Origin: Felis catus
Taxonomy: Eukaryota
NCBI RefSeq assembly: GCF_018350175.1
Contig: NC_058369.1
Location: 27,778,001 to 27,842,000 of the forward strand
DNA length: 64,000 nucleotides
Direction: 5' to 3'
Numbering within the stretch: position 1 is the stretch's first letter; the number at the start of each line of letters is the position of its first letter. A model generated the notes under the pieces. It was given only the letters and a program-made list of their open reading frames with translations. It ran no database searches and had not been told where the DNA came from. Position numbers and translations under genes: made by a program. Below are positions 12,454-25,037 of the stretch, one piece after another.

Positions 12454-13918
12454 AAAAGGATCCAAATAAGTAAGGAAAAAGTAAGACTGTTGCTATTTCC
12501 AGATGACATGTTACTAGATATAGGATACTTTAAAGATTCCACCATAAAAATACTAGAAACAATGAATTCAGTAAAGTTGCAGGATACAAAATTAATATAC
12601 AGAAACCTGTTGTGTTTCTCTACAATAATAACAAATTAGGAGAAAGGGAAATTAAGAAAACAATCCTATGTACAATTGCATTAAAAAGAATAAAATGTCT
12701 AGGAATAGATTCAACCGAGGAGGTAAAAGACTGTATTCTGAAAGCCATAAGACACTGATGAAAGAAACTGAAGGTAGCACAAATAAACAAAAATCCATGC
12801 TCATGGACTGGAAAAATTAATTGTTAAAATGCCCCTACTACCCAAAGCAATCTTTAGATTCAATGCAATCACATCAAAATACGAACAGTATTTTTCACAG
12901 AACTAAGGCAAAGTACACTAAAATTTGTGTGGAACCACAAAAGACCCCAAAAAGCCAAAACAATCTTGAGAAAGAACAAATCTGGAGGTATCACAATCCC
13001 AAATATACAAGTGTACCACAAAGCTATCGTAATCAAAACAGTATGGTACTGGCACAAAAAAAAAGACACATGGATCAATAGAGCACAGGAGGGAGCCCAG
13101 TGATAAGCACACACTTCCATGCTCATTTTATCTATGACAAGGAGGCAAGAATATACAATGGGGAAAACACATCTCAATAAAGGTCTGCAATAAACTATAT
13201 TGGGAAAGCTGGAAATTTACACACCAAATAATGAAACTGGACTACTTTCTTACCCCATACACAAAAATAAAAAAAAATGGATTAAAAACCTAAATAACAA
13301 GGCTCAAAAACATAAAACTCCTAAAGGAAAACATAGGCAATAATCTCTTGAACAGTGGTCTTAACATTTTTTTGGAGCTATCTTCTCAGACAAGGAAAAT
13401 AAAAGCAAAAACAAACAACAAGGACTACATAAAATTAAAAAAGCTTTTGCACATTAAAGAAACCACCAATAAGATAAAAAGGTGACCTACCAAATGGGAG
13501 AATATATTTGCAAATAATATCGCATACAGAATTAATATTCAAAAATAGAAAGAACTCTTATAATTCAACACCAAAATGAATGATTCAATTAAAAATGGAC
13601 AGAAGACCTGAATACATATTTTTCTAAAGAAGATATAAGATGGTCAACAGACATCCAGTAATTCCACTTCTGACTATTTACCTGAAAAAAAATTAAAATA
13701 CTAATTTGAAAAGATACATGCACCTTTATGTTTATTACAGGGTTATTTATAACAACCAAGATATGGAAGCAGCTTAGGAGTGCACTGATATGTGAATGGA
13801 TAAAGAAGATGTGATATGTGTTCGTGTGTGTGTGTGTGTGTGTATGCACACGTGTCTGTATGTATGTGTATGAATACATATTGAAATATTATTCAGCCAT
13901 AAAAAAGACTGAGCACTT

Positions 13919-14097
13919 GAGGTGCCTGGGTGGCTCAGTCAGTCGAGCATCCGACTTCGGCTCCTAAACAACACATTGGGCTCTGTGATGATACCTCAGA
14001 ACCTGGAGCCTGCCTCCAGTTCTGAGTCTCCCTCTCTCTCTGCCCCTCTCACATTCACACACTCTCTCTCTCAAAAATAAACACTAAAAAAAAAAAA
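13919..14097 (+). mobile_element. Can-SINE with internal deletion
   Basis: Head and CT/A tail present; the usual 'aggtcatgatctc...gagccc' segment is missing. Confidence 0.85.
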
Positions 14098-14424
14098 TGA
14101 CTAAGCTCTTGCCATTCATGACAACATGAATGGACCTTGACCAACACCATATGATTTCATTTACATGTGTAACCTAAAAAGCAAAATAAACAAACAAAAG
14201 AAACAGACTCATGGATACAGAGAACAAGTTGGTTGTTACTAGAAGGAAGTCACTGGGGGATGAGGAAAATAGGTGAAGGGGATTAAGACATACAATCTTA
14301 TATTATAAGTTATAAAATAAGTAAGTCACAGTGATGAAATATACAAAATAGAGAATACAGTCAATAGTATTATAATAACTTGGCATGGAAACAGATGGTA
14401 ACTATACCTACTGTTGGAAGCATT

Positions 14425-14425
<1 letters not shown>

Positions 14426-14471
<46 letters not shown>

Positions 14472-14472
14472 T
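14426..14472. repeat. (TTTA)n microsatellite
   Basis: TTTA array flanked by a duplicated 'tggaagcattttta'. Confidence 0.9.
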
Positions 14473-14774
14473 GGAAGCATTTTATACTATGTGTATTGTT
14501 GATTAATTTTGTTGTACACCTAAAACTAATATAGTATTTTATTTCAATTATACTTCAAAATAAAAACAGAATATGCCAAATAATATGCAATAATGTTCAT
14601 CACAGCATTTCATTTAAAAACAAACAGGAAAGGACCTGTATACCATCAATTGGATTAAGTATATTTTGGTTCATCAGTACAAAACAATAGGTACAGCTAC
14701 TAAAAACAATGAGGTAGGTGTGCTGTTCAACATATAATATGATGGGAGGCTGTTCAACATATAATATGATGGGG

Positions 14775-14981
14775 ATGGCACCTGGGTGGCTCAGTTGGTT
14801 AAACATCCAATTCTTGATCTCAGTTCTGGTTATGATCTCATAGCTCATGAATTCGAGCCCCATGTTGGGTTCTGCGCTAACAGTGCAGAGCCTGCTTAGG
14901 ATTCTCTCTCTCCCTCTCTCTCTGCCTCCCACCACTTACTCTCTTTCTTTCTGAAAACAAATAAATAAACTTTAAAAAAAA
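14775..14981 (+). mobile_element. Can-SINE
   Basis: 'ggcacctgggtggctcagttggttaa...' with A-tail; TSD-like atataatatgatgggg / atataatattatgggg. Confidence 0.9.
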
Positions 14982-15189
14982 TATATAATATTATGGGGAA
15001 GAACAAGGCATGAAAAGTGCATAAACCATCATGCAATTTAAATAAAGGTTAAAGGTGTGTCATTTTGTTTAGATATTGACATCTGCATAATTTCTTTTCT
15101 GAGAAATTACAGAAGAAACTTTACAATGTGACATTTGGAGAGAAGAGGACAGCAGGTAAAAAAAGATAAAAAAATGGAGACTTAGATAC

Positions 15190-15308
15190 TTTTATTTTTT
15201 AACTTGAGTATAGTTGATACACAATGTTACATTAGTTTCAGGTGTACAACTTAGTGATTTGACAAGCTTTAACATTATTGCAATGTTCATCACAAACATA
15301 GCTACCTC
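15190..15308 (-). mobile_element. Short L1 3' end fragment (carnivore type)
   Basis: 'gagtatagttgatacacaatgttacattagtttcaggtgtacaac' is the reverse of an L1 3'UTR end. Confidence 0.75.
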
Positions 15309-15689
15309 ACTTTTCTTGTTATACTTTTCTGTTTGGTGTTTTATCACCTGCATGTGCTATCTTGACTAAGACAAAAGTAAGTAATATTAATGGAATATGA
15401 AAGTATTGGGAAGAGGTTCAGATCCTGCCACGCAAACCACCAATACAACAGAGCCCTGGGGCTGTGTAACCACAGGTGATTTGAGTTTGAAAATTGCACA
15501 TGTGTCCAGACATGGGAAAGTGTGCATGCACGAACACACATAAACACACACACACACACATACACACACACAGCAAAAATGCAGGCGATCCTAGTGCATT
15601 TAGCTAGCACAGGATAATCCACTTTTAGATTTTATTTGCATTTATTTCCCTTGAGCTTCAACCATTTCCACAAATAGTTATCATGTACC

Positions 15690-15910
15690 TAATTCCTTAG
15701 CAGATACTATGTTAGGTACTTTACATGCGTCATCTCTTTTATTTCTCACTGACAAAGTCATTGGCTCATATTGTAATCTTCCCATTGCATATGAAGAAAC
15801 TGACTCTTAAAGATAGTAGGTAACTTTTTCAAAGTCATTTACCTAGCAATTGAAAAAAACTGGGATTCAAATGTAAACACAGAAGACTTCAAAGCCACTA
15901 ATAAACACTG
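15690..15910 (-). mobile_element. MIR
   Basis: 'cccattgcatatgaagaaactgac...ggtaactt...ctgggattcaaa'. Confidence 0.7.
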
Positions 15911-16119
15911 CACTCATTTCTGGTTCCAGACACATCCTTTGACCTGAGACTGCAGTAGAACACAGGCCAAACAGAAAGCAGTTGATTCACAGATGAGAGG
16001 ACTTGCCAAACCTAAACTAGGAAGTTCTGAAAAATGAGAATTATCACAACACGTGTATTGTATATACGGACAGGCTGTGGAGACAGAACACACTAGAATG
16101 TGAAGCCTTCTTGCAAGCT

Positions 16120-16335
16120 ATAAAGCTTAGGGGTTAGGAGAGAGGTCTCTGGGGTCAGTCACCCATGTCACCAAGAGACAGTTACCTAATCCACCCCCAA
16201 TCTCATTTCTTTCATCTCTAAAATGGATAGAGTAGTGCCTGCCATTCAGAAGTACGGTGATAATTGAATGAGATCATGCATATTAAGTGTTTAAAAAACC
16301 TGGGACATAGTAACTCCTCAATGGTAATTAATAAT
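16120..16335 (+). mobile_element. MIR
   Basis: 'tctcatttcttcatctctaaaatgg...aatgagatcatgcat...cctgggacatagtaac'. Confidence 0.72.
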
Positions 16336-16464
16336 TATAAAAGTATCTGAAATATCCTAGAATGTTGTAACAAATACAGATCACACCTAATCAAAGCCCT
16401 GTTTTACACAGCAAGAAAGTGAAATGTGATCAGTCAAAAGCAAGATGCCACTCAAGTTAGACTT

Positions 16465-16681
16465 TTTTTCAAGTTTATTTTGAGAAAGAGAGAGAGGGAG
16501 AGAGAGAGGGAGGGAGGGAGGGAGAGAGAACCAGCAGGGAGGGGCAGAGAGAAGGGGCAGAAGATGGGAAGCAGGCTCTGCACTGACAGCAGATGCCAGA
16601 TGCAGGGCTCAACTCACAACCATGAGATCATGACCTGAGTCAAAGTTTGTTGCTTAACCAACTGAGCTATTCAGGCACTCT
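16465..16681 (-). mobile_element. Can-SINE
   Basis: Reverse head and GA tract; TSD-like tcaagttagactt / tcaacttagactt. Confidence 0.88.
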
Positions 16682-16729
16682 CAACTTAGACTTCTGAGTT
16701 TTTATTGTGTACTGAATGCTATCTTCATG

Positions 16730-17172
16730 GAAATTTCTGGGGCAGGAACTGTTGGTTGGCTTAGCCACTGCCCATTTACAATCCCTTTCTCTCCTGCCTG
16801 CCTCCACTCCATGGCAAAGTAACTACTCGCTCTCCCAGCTCCCCTTCGAACAAAGTGTGGCTACCACCATAAAGTATTTGGCAAAGACATGTGAACAAAG
16901 ATCTGCCAGAAGGTGCTCTAGGAAAGTGTGTATTTTTCCAGTAAACGGAACAGACACTATTCCTGCCACCTCTTTCTCTTTGCCTTCCTTCCATGAATCT
17001 GATCAAGATGCCAGGAAATAGGGCAGCCATCCCAAAAAAGGACAGATCAAAGACTAACTTATGGGCCCACTTCTAGGAGGTCTTCTTGTTGCATAAGAAA
17101 ATATCCCATTTGTTTAAGCCACTGGTAGCAGGTTTTCTGTTACATGCAACTGAACTTAGTCCTAAATGAAAA
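16730..17172 (+). mobile_element. MaLR LTR (MLT1J/K-like)
   Basis: 3' end 'tgtttaagccactggtagcaggttttctgttacatgcaactgaac...cctaa' typical of MLT1. Confidence 0.7.
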
Positions 17173-19084
17173 TGTGAATCAATTTCTAGCTTATGTTTGT
17201 AGGTCATTTCTCGCCTTGTCCTCCTTTTTGTCTTCATCCTCAGAAAGAATTTCCTATAGATATCCAAGATCTTTCCATTGCCAAGTTGACTCAGTGATCT
17301 CAGAGAATGTAGGTGTTAATGATGTTATTTTACTTATTAATGTTCTACCAATTAGAGCACTTTGTCAATCTCCCTACGTAGGCACTGTCTTCTCACATCC
17401 ACAACGCATGTTTGAAACACGGGAATGATATGGAGATTTAGATCCATTTTGGCCCTATTAATGTCCCTCTCTCTCAGAATGACTAAAGAACTATTGGCCC
17501 CAGAATTATATGCAACCTTGTACTGTCAGTTAACTATCTGTTATAGGTCCAATTTCACTCCTTGACTCTATTGTAAACCTGTGGGCATTGACAAAGTGCT
17601 TTATAATTTTTTCATCGTCCCTCTCAGCGTCTGTCACAGATGTAGGCACTGCAAACATTCTCATTAAAAGCTATAAAACAGACACCCTCATCTCCTGCCA
17701 ATAATTACAGCTTAAGAAAAGACCCAGAGCTAAAATTATGTGACCCTGGTATAAACCTGTCTGTGACTCTGAGTCTCTAGTTGACGTGGTAAAGATCAGA
17801 TATGCATTAGGAGAAACAGCCAAAGCAATGGCACATATGGGGACATTTTGCCATACATACACAAAAGTACATCCCAAGGCCTGGCACAATGGCAGCCAAA
17901 AAATAGCCCCTTAGTATTTGTTGAATGAATTAATAAACATCTGCATGCACATAGCAAGACACCTCACTGTGAATGAGTGTACTTTCTTTTTCTAAACATA
18001 ATTAATCTTACTAAAATAGATGGGTGGGCAAAACTCCATATTCTGCTTGAACCAGGCAAAGAACCCTCTGGTTTCCTCTCTCCTTTCTTCCTTACATGAT
18101 GTGCAACGTAAAGGACCTGTTAGTCCCATTTGTCAAGAGAGCCCACAGGAACTATTTGGCACATCACAGCTTAAGTTATCAATTGCCTTTGTTGTTTGGT
18201 GGATATTGATCGGGGAAGGCCTTGCTAAAGTCACTCGTACCGCAAGTCTTCACTTTTCCTTTTTAGTCAACATGACGGCTCAAGTGTTGTGGGCTTGGGG
18301 GATTTCCACCTGACAGCCCCATTCCATCATTAAACACCCAGTTCGAGCTTGTTATCCAGATGAATGTCCCAATTAGAGTAGCACATTCTTGCCCACACCC
18401 AACAGTGGCAGCGGGTTCAGGTTAACAGTTTGGGGGACAATAACTGACGTAGAAAATGGTCTGAGGAGCCACAAGTTGAGTTTCATTTTTTTATCTTCAT
18501 TCATTCATTTGTTCATTCAACCAGACACCTACTGAGAGCTTAAAGTGTTGTTTGCTTTCCTGAAGGGACATAAATCTTTCCTAATTTCTCACAATGGCGC
18601 AATGTAACCGACCCTGACTCTGCAACCAAATTACCCAGCATTAACTGGACATCCTGAGAACAAGAATAAAATTACTGACAGTAGAAAACACCAGACATCA
18701 GGGGGGCACTGTGTCGTTGTGTGAGTTGTACACTGTTTGAGTCCAGAGGTTACTATTTCTAGGACTAGGATACAAATGGCGAGGCAGTGCAGCAGGGTAC
18801 CCTTGGCTGACAGTGTTCCCTAGTCTAAAGGGCACAAAACTATTCAATGCTTCAAAATATTATTTGTAAACTAACTGCTTTTTTTTGTTTAGATGAAATG
18901 CTTGATTCCACATAACATTTAAATTTTACAATTACATTTTCTAATAAGAAACAGCCAACTTAAAAAAAATCAAAATAAAGAAGCTGCCAACTAAAAATGT
19001 GTCATGAAAAATTTATCTGTATCTGGTGTTTAGTAAAAAGAGGCAAAAAAATAAACACCACACATGCACACACACACAGGAATG

Positions 19085-19408
19085 ACTGAACAGAAAAGCT
19101 ATTCTTTTAAAAATTTCAAGTCCTAAGAATCTATGTTAAATATATTAATGCACATAAAATATAGGTAAAAGGATGTTTATTATACTACTGTTACTAAATT
19201 ACTAAAACATAGGAGCGGCTAAATAAATGGTGGTACTTCTGTACATGAAATTCTGTGAAGCCATTAAAAAGAATGAGTAGCCTTGGGGTGCCTGGGTGGC
19301 TGAGTTGGGTAAATTTCCAAGTCTTGATTTTGGCTCAGGTCATGATCTCACAGTTCGTGAGTTTGAGTCCCTCATCGGGCTCTCTGATGACAGCACAGGG
19401 CCTGCTTG

Positions 19409-19457
<49 letters not shown>

Positions 19458-19760
19458 AATAAACATCAAAAAAATGAATAGCCTTACAAATGCCCTCATG
19501 AGCATGTAAGGCCAAAACATACCCTTAAAAGCAAAAATGCAACCAGAACAAGATGAATAACTGATTCTGTCAATGTGCTTCTTCCGTGTGTGTGCATCGT
19601 AAATTAAGGGGCAGAACAGGGTCTACAGGGATACACACAAGTCTTCTGAGAGCCGTAACCTCTGGAAAGGGACAGGTAAACAGAGGGATTTCGTGTTTTG
19701 TACTATGGAATTTAAAATGAATAATGAGAAGTATTTATGCATTAATTTTGCTATAAAATT
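19085..19760 (+). mobile_element. Ancient L1ME-like 3' fragment (interrupted by a SINE)
   Basis: 'ggatgtttattatactactg...ctaaataaatggtggtac...gccattaaaaagaatgag'. Confidence 0.55.
19285..19474 (+). mobile_element. Can-SINE with long (CT)n
   Basis: Head, (CT)n and A-tail; TSD-like aatgagtagcctt / aatgaatagcctt. Confidence 0.9.
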
Positions 19761-21210
19761 TTACAAAGAGCCCAAAACGGCAGCAAAATAATTCCAACAT
19801 AGTTGATGCACAGTTTGACCCTAACTTGTTGCAAATCCTGCCATAACATGGGATCATTTCAAGATGACAATGTCAACGTCACCTTTCTGTTTCAATGGAA
19901 ACATGTACTCATGGAGCACGCACATGCTGTAAACCGCACTCCGGGCACTGAAGATCCAGAAAAAGACAGGGGAGGCCCCTGCTCTTACGGAGCTCAAGTC
20001 CAAGCCAGTAAAAGAGGCATATGCATTTTAGAGAAATTTTTCAGATTAACCATTATTTCCCTCTTAAATAATTCAATTCACTACAACATTCTGGGCCCTA
20101 GGGCTGAGGGGGGAAGTCTGCTGTGATTCCACTAAAGTTGCTTCTCAGAGACATTCTGGGCGGCACAGCTCATTCCCTGCCTATCAAATATTCATCCTCC
20201 TCACCCACCAGTCAACATAGGTTCCCTCCAATGAAATCCATAAAATAATAATACTTTACATTCATAGAGAGGTTTATACCTTTCCAAACACACTCACAGA
20301 CACGGCATCCTAAGAGAGGGACAAATAGAAAGTGGGAGCAAGACTGTATCAATTTCTGATCTACAAGCTCCTTCTGTCTGACACACTTTTCTCTCTTCTT
20401 TCATTTACCCAGCTTATTCTTGCCTTTCAGTTCACAGCTTAGATGACACCTATTCCAGGAAGCATTCTGTGCTGGTTTAGGGGACCTTCTTGCATACTTC
20501 CATTGCTTCCTATTGTCTGCATCCCTCCCAACCCCAGGAGATGCTGTCATGCTTTTTTAACTGCCAACATGGTGTCCACTGGGTCCAGAATCAGGTGGGA
20601 GGGGCCCTGGATCTGATCCCATCTTGAAGGAGTGACCTACCAGGTTGGGAAGGATCTGACAATCATATTTTTAAAAGCTCTCTAGGTATTCTGAACAGCT
20701 AATCCCAAGAAATTAAAATAGAGGCGTGGACTGTCTATCTCTATATTATGTGCCATTGTAGCTGCAGCTTCTAAAAGCACTTGGAATATTGTTGGTGCCC
20801 AAGAGAGATGTGCTCCTTCATCCATTGACTCTTCAAAAAATACATACGGAGCTCATTCAGGGTGTCAGACTTGTGCTGAATGAATGATTAAATGGAACAA
20901 ATCCAAGTCATGATTCCTGCATAGCTTCCATTATTAACATTTTTTTTTCATAGTTACCTGATACCAGAAGCTGCTGCAAAAACCCAAATGGCACATGTCC
21001 CTATGTCCATGGCAGGTAGGCTAGAGAAGACCAATAGAGATTTGGGAGTTTGGTCACGCTCCTTAACTGCTAACATCGAGATCCTTTGGGGACAGCAGCA
21101 GTGGGCTCCAACTGCTCAGGTGTCTTTAGAGATGAGATGCAAACTAGAGTGAATGAACCCAACTGCCAGACAAGAGGCAGGGTGCCTCGGCTCAATACAA
21201 GGATACAGTT

Positions 21211-21439
21211 GGGGCGCCTGGGTGGCTCAGTTGGTTAAGCAGCCAACTCTTGATTTCAGCTCAGGTCATGATCTCACCGTTTGTGAATTCGAGCCCAGCA
21301 TAGGACTTAGCACTGACGGTGTGGAGCCTGCTTGGTATTCTCTCTCTCTCCCTCTCTCTCCACCCCTCCCACACATGCCCTTGTACTCTCTCTCTCTCTC
21401 TCTCTCTCTAAATATAAATAAATAAAAACTTACAATAAA
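21211..21439 (+). mobile_element. Can-SINE
   Basis: 'ggggcgcctgggtggctcagttggttaagc'; TSD aaggatacagt on both sides. Confidence 0.92.
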
Positions 21440-21777
21440 AAGGATACAGTCAGAGAGATAGAAGGAATCACAGCAAGGTAACATGGATTTTCCTTCCTAA
21501 CTTGTTCTTTCCTTCAAAGGAGTCAACTAAAATCTGCTACTATGTGCTGTCTTCCGGGCAGGGAAGGGGGATAATTCCTACAGGCCCACTCACATGACAA
21601 TATGAGGGCTACTTGTAGTTTACAAACTGCTTTTGCTCTGGGCCCTCTTTTTAAGAGAAAGCTCTTGTCCAATTTCATGTAGGCTTCACCATAGTCTATA
21701 AGGCCCTTTCTCATCTGCTCCCGCCTGTATTTCTAACTTTAACCATTCCACTCTCTTTTTTGCTTAGTTCTAGTTCT

Positions 21778-22083
21778 TCTCTGTCCACTAGAGTGGCCAC
21801 TAGCCACATGGGGCTACTGAGCACATGAACTGTGGCTAGCCCAAATAGAGATATGCTAAAGGTGTAACATACAAACAAGATTTCCAAGACTTAGCATAAG
21901 AAAAACAGGATGTAAAAGAATCCCATTAGTATTGTTTTTCATGGCTTATATGTTGAAATTTTACCATTTTGGAGATATTAAGCTCGAGAAAATACATGAG
22001 TGAAATCAATTTCACTTACGTCCTTAAAACCTGTTTTTACTGTGGCTACTAGGAACATTGAAATTACAACGTGTAGCTGGCAT
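21778..22083. mobile_element. MER33-like hAT-Charlie DNA transposon relic
   Basis: 'gccactagccacatggggctactgagcacatgaactgtggctag...aagacttag...tgtggctactagg' matches my recall of the MER33 consensus. Confidence 0.78.
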
Positions 22084-22199
22084 GGGAAAGTGCAACATTT
22101 TAGTACTGGCCTTTCCATTCCTTTGTCATGCCAAGCTTTCCTCCCTCTTGAGTTTGTCTTGGCCCTTGCCTTCACCCGAATGACTGTCTCCACACTAGG

Positions 22200-22505
22200 C
22201 ATGGCTGACCACTGTTCAGTGCTTTAGATGCCGCTCTTTAACATCACTGGAGTAAACTCCTCCTGACCTATGTATAATGTGTTCCCTCCACTGTCTGTCA
22301 GAGCCTGTTCAGATTTTTTTTTTTTAGCACTACCCCAAACCTGTCATTATTTTACATAAGTGTTTGTTTACTGGTTTGTCTGTCTGCAACAACATAAACT
22401 GGGAAGGCAGGGACCATGTCTGTCCTATTCTCTTTGTTATTCCCAAAGCCTACAAGAAGTTTGATTTGAACTACGTCATCAGTAGAAGTGAGTAACAGGC
22501 ATGCA
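22200..22505 (+). mobile_element. L2 3' fragment
   Basis: 'tagcact...tgtttgtttactggtttgtctgtct...gaaggcagggaccatgtctgtc'. Confidence 0.65.
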
Positions 22506-22744
22506 AAAAAGAAAATCAAAATTGAGTTATTCGGCTCAGGCAAAACCTGACTTGCTAACCCCTCGTTGTTTCTGCCCTGAAATGGTTCTGTAGGCAGCAG
22601 CCTGTCCTTTACTTGCAGAAACTCAGGACTTTGTCATTTTTTCAATGCCATTATCCTAGAGAACTTCTCAAATCCTACACTCTGCGTAGTGGCTGTTGCC
22701 AAGATCTTCAGATAGGTTAGGGCTGGGAAACATCTCTTAGCACA

Positions 22745-22927
22745 ATGTGTCTCAAGGTATGAAACTCCTTGGGGTACCAGCATCAGTATTTTTCATGAAT
22801 GTGGTTACCCAATGCAGCACCCAGGTGGGACCTGATGAATCAGGATCATGGGGAATCTTCCCAAGACTCTGCATTTTAATTAGGCTCCTGGGTGACTGTG
22901 AGGCACACCCAAGTTTGATAACCTCTG
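22745..22927. mobile_element. MER5A-like hAT relic
   Basis: 'ctgcattttaattaggctcctgggtgac...caagtttgataacctctg'. Confidence 0.65.
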
Positions 22928-23799
22928 ACTTTCACAGCTGTGGTTTCCCTGACTCTCCTCAGGGTTAAACCATTCTTGAGAGAAAGGAAAAAGGAAAGGG
23001 ATGGCATAGGGAGGTCAGACTTCAATGACATCTTACACCAGGGAGAAGTTAGAAATGGTTGGTCTTGTGCTACATTCCTGATTGAGAAGGTGACCATTTC
23101 CTACTAGGAGAGTAATGAGTTTGTAGATAAGGATCCTCCAAACTGGGTAGGAGTATATGCCAGTAAAAGGCATCAAGATGCCTGGAATTCAGCTTCTATA
23201 ACCTGATGGGAGAACAAGACAGAGAATGGATTTTCTTTGCTTCGTGGACCTCCATCTATCAGACATTTGATGAACATGATATCTTCTGTTCTTTGAGGAG
23301 AGTTGTACATTCTCTATAAATACTTATGTCGCTGTTCTAGCAACTAAACCCAACCCACACTATGTCACACGAAGTTAAAAAACACAAAAGACTCAAATGC
23401 CAGGGTGTGCTTTGTTCTTGCCTGGCCCAGAGCTCAGGGTTACTGAGCATATTTCCATGAAATACACTCCTATCCACTTAGCCACGGGCAGTGAGACTGG
23501 GACAGAAGGATGCATTAGCTTGAGATGTGCTGAAAACACGTGCTGAGAGGAAAGAAGGTAATTTCTTGCATACCAATGACCATGGCTCAACAATCAGGAA
23601 AAACAAGCGAAGTATTAACATCTTAATAAGCTGACCCCAATAGAAAACAAAGTAAACCTGGATTCCTCAGGACCCTGCATTTCTCTAGCACTCAGCCTTG
23701 TTTGTGTGTTCTGTGTGGCTCATCCGTTTCTGTCTCACAAGTAGAACTACAACCAGCTTCACCGCTGCTATAATTAATAACGACAGGAGCAGAAGCAGC

Positions 23800-24275
23800 T
23801 GTAACTATACAATGCGTCCTCTGACTCAGGTGCTATCCCAGACACTTATTTCATCTTCACAACAGCCATATAAGGTAAGTACTACCTTTATCCTGTTTTA
23901 AAGATGAAGAATTTGAGGTGTACTTAAGACAAGTTGAATGACTCACCAAAGCTGACCAAGACAGTAGGTGGAACTGTGACCATTCTTTCATTTGCCGGGG
24001 AGTATAGCTTCAGTGGCTCATTGTGGGTCAGGGGGCTTTGGCAAATACACTTCAGCCATTTCACCATTACCCCGATCTTGTGAATAAAGTAGTACTCAGT
24101 GGAAACTGAGGCACACAAAGGGGAAGTAATGTGTCCACGGTCACTCAGATAGGAGGCTTTGGAGTCCCACCCTAAAGCCAGGTAGCCAGTGACCCATCAC
24201 CCAGAATGTGTTCATTCTGCAACTCTGTATGAATGAACGAGTGTCCTCAGAGCCAGCACTCTTATCCACTGCCTC
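23800..24275 (-). mobile_element. Cluster of MIR fragments
   Basis: Cores 'aagatgaagaatttgagg' and 'ggaaactgaggcacacaaaggggaagtaatgtgtccacggtcac'. Confidence 0.65.
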
Positions 24276-24627
24276 TGAAGTATAAGGCATAAGCAAAAGC
24301 TGAAAGCCCTGGGCATTCTTCTCACTTAACCCATCCCTCCAAGGTTATCTTTTTCGGCCCTCCCAAACCTTCCATTTCACTCCATTCTGACTCTCATGTC
24401 CAATTATCTAGTCAAACCAAGACTGCACTCTTGGAAGAAACATCAACTTAATACCCCAAAGCCCCTTCATGCAAGAAGCCAGAGGAGAGGAAACAATGAG
24501 GAGCCTATATCAGTTCCATAGCAAAACAAAAAAAAAAAAAAAAAAACAAGCAAGCCAACAACAAAAACAAGAATACCTAAGAATTTGTATGTGATTATTT
24601 AGATACTATTCAACACATTATGTATAG

Positions 24628-25037
24628 TATTAGAGGAAGCCCTCAAGAGGGAATGACTGCCTGTTGACCCATGAGCTGGAGCCAGACAATCAAAGATTCC
24701 TCACCCCATTCCATGTCCGTGGAATGTGTGTTCTGCTTGCCTTCCCCACACTGAGTTCTGCCCCAAGTCACAGCCTTGGGACAGTGATGTGTTGAGACCA
24801 TCTGGATAATATATGTGACTGACCCAGGTAAGGCCTCTATATCAACTTTTAAGACTCTGGAAGGTGGGTGTGGAGATCTACTCATCTTGAAACTGCAGAG
24901 ACAAGCCTCATAAAAATTTCCTTGCTTTAATAAAAGCTGCCACCTACCAATGTAGAGTGGTCTGCCTCTTTCTTCTGTCTCTCCTTACCTTTCATTTTAC
25001 ATTTTATCCAGGAAGCTCCAGAGGTTGTGAACCAATA
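24628..25037 (+). mobile_element. Solo ERV LTR inserted in a MIR
   Basis: ~410 bp; TATA-like 'ctatat' ~24836; AATAAA ~24928; pyrimidine-rich U5-like end; MIR sequence resumes after it. Confidence 0.6.

Larger units (their letters stand above)
9341..14160 (+). pseudogene. Disrupted L1 ORF2p (endonuclease/reverse transcriptase)
   Basis: EN start INLNVNGLNAPIKR and GVAILTSDK; RT motif DNA 'ctatttccagatgacatg' (FADD-like) near 12493; many frameshifts and insertions. Confidence 0.88.
5703..14567 (+). mobile_element. Near full-length decayed LINE-1 (old carnivore/L1MA9-like) with nested insertions
   Basis: GC-richer 5'UTR ~5703-6810; ORF1 remnants (ENLFQEIIAKTFPNLRKETNIQVQE); ORF2 remnants (INLNVNGLNAPIKR); 3'UTR with A-rich end; TSD agaatattccaaa 5690-5702 / agaatatgccaaa 14568-14580. 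Confidence 0.9.
5540..15370 (+). mobile_element. Ancient L1ME-like 3' fragment, split by the large L1 insertion (pieces ~5540-5702 and ~14581-15370)
   Basis: 'aaatgtgcatacctttaaaaccagc...tacagatctact' on the left continues as 'ataatgttcatcacagcatt' on the right of the TSD, like an L1M 3' region. Confidence 0.6.

Noticed and set aside
18691..18711. CTCF site ('catcaggggggcact')
   Set aside because: An extra G and a mismatched 5' half relative to the core consensus; too weak without a PWM scan.
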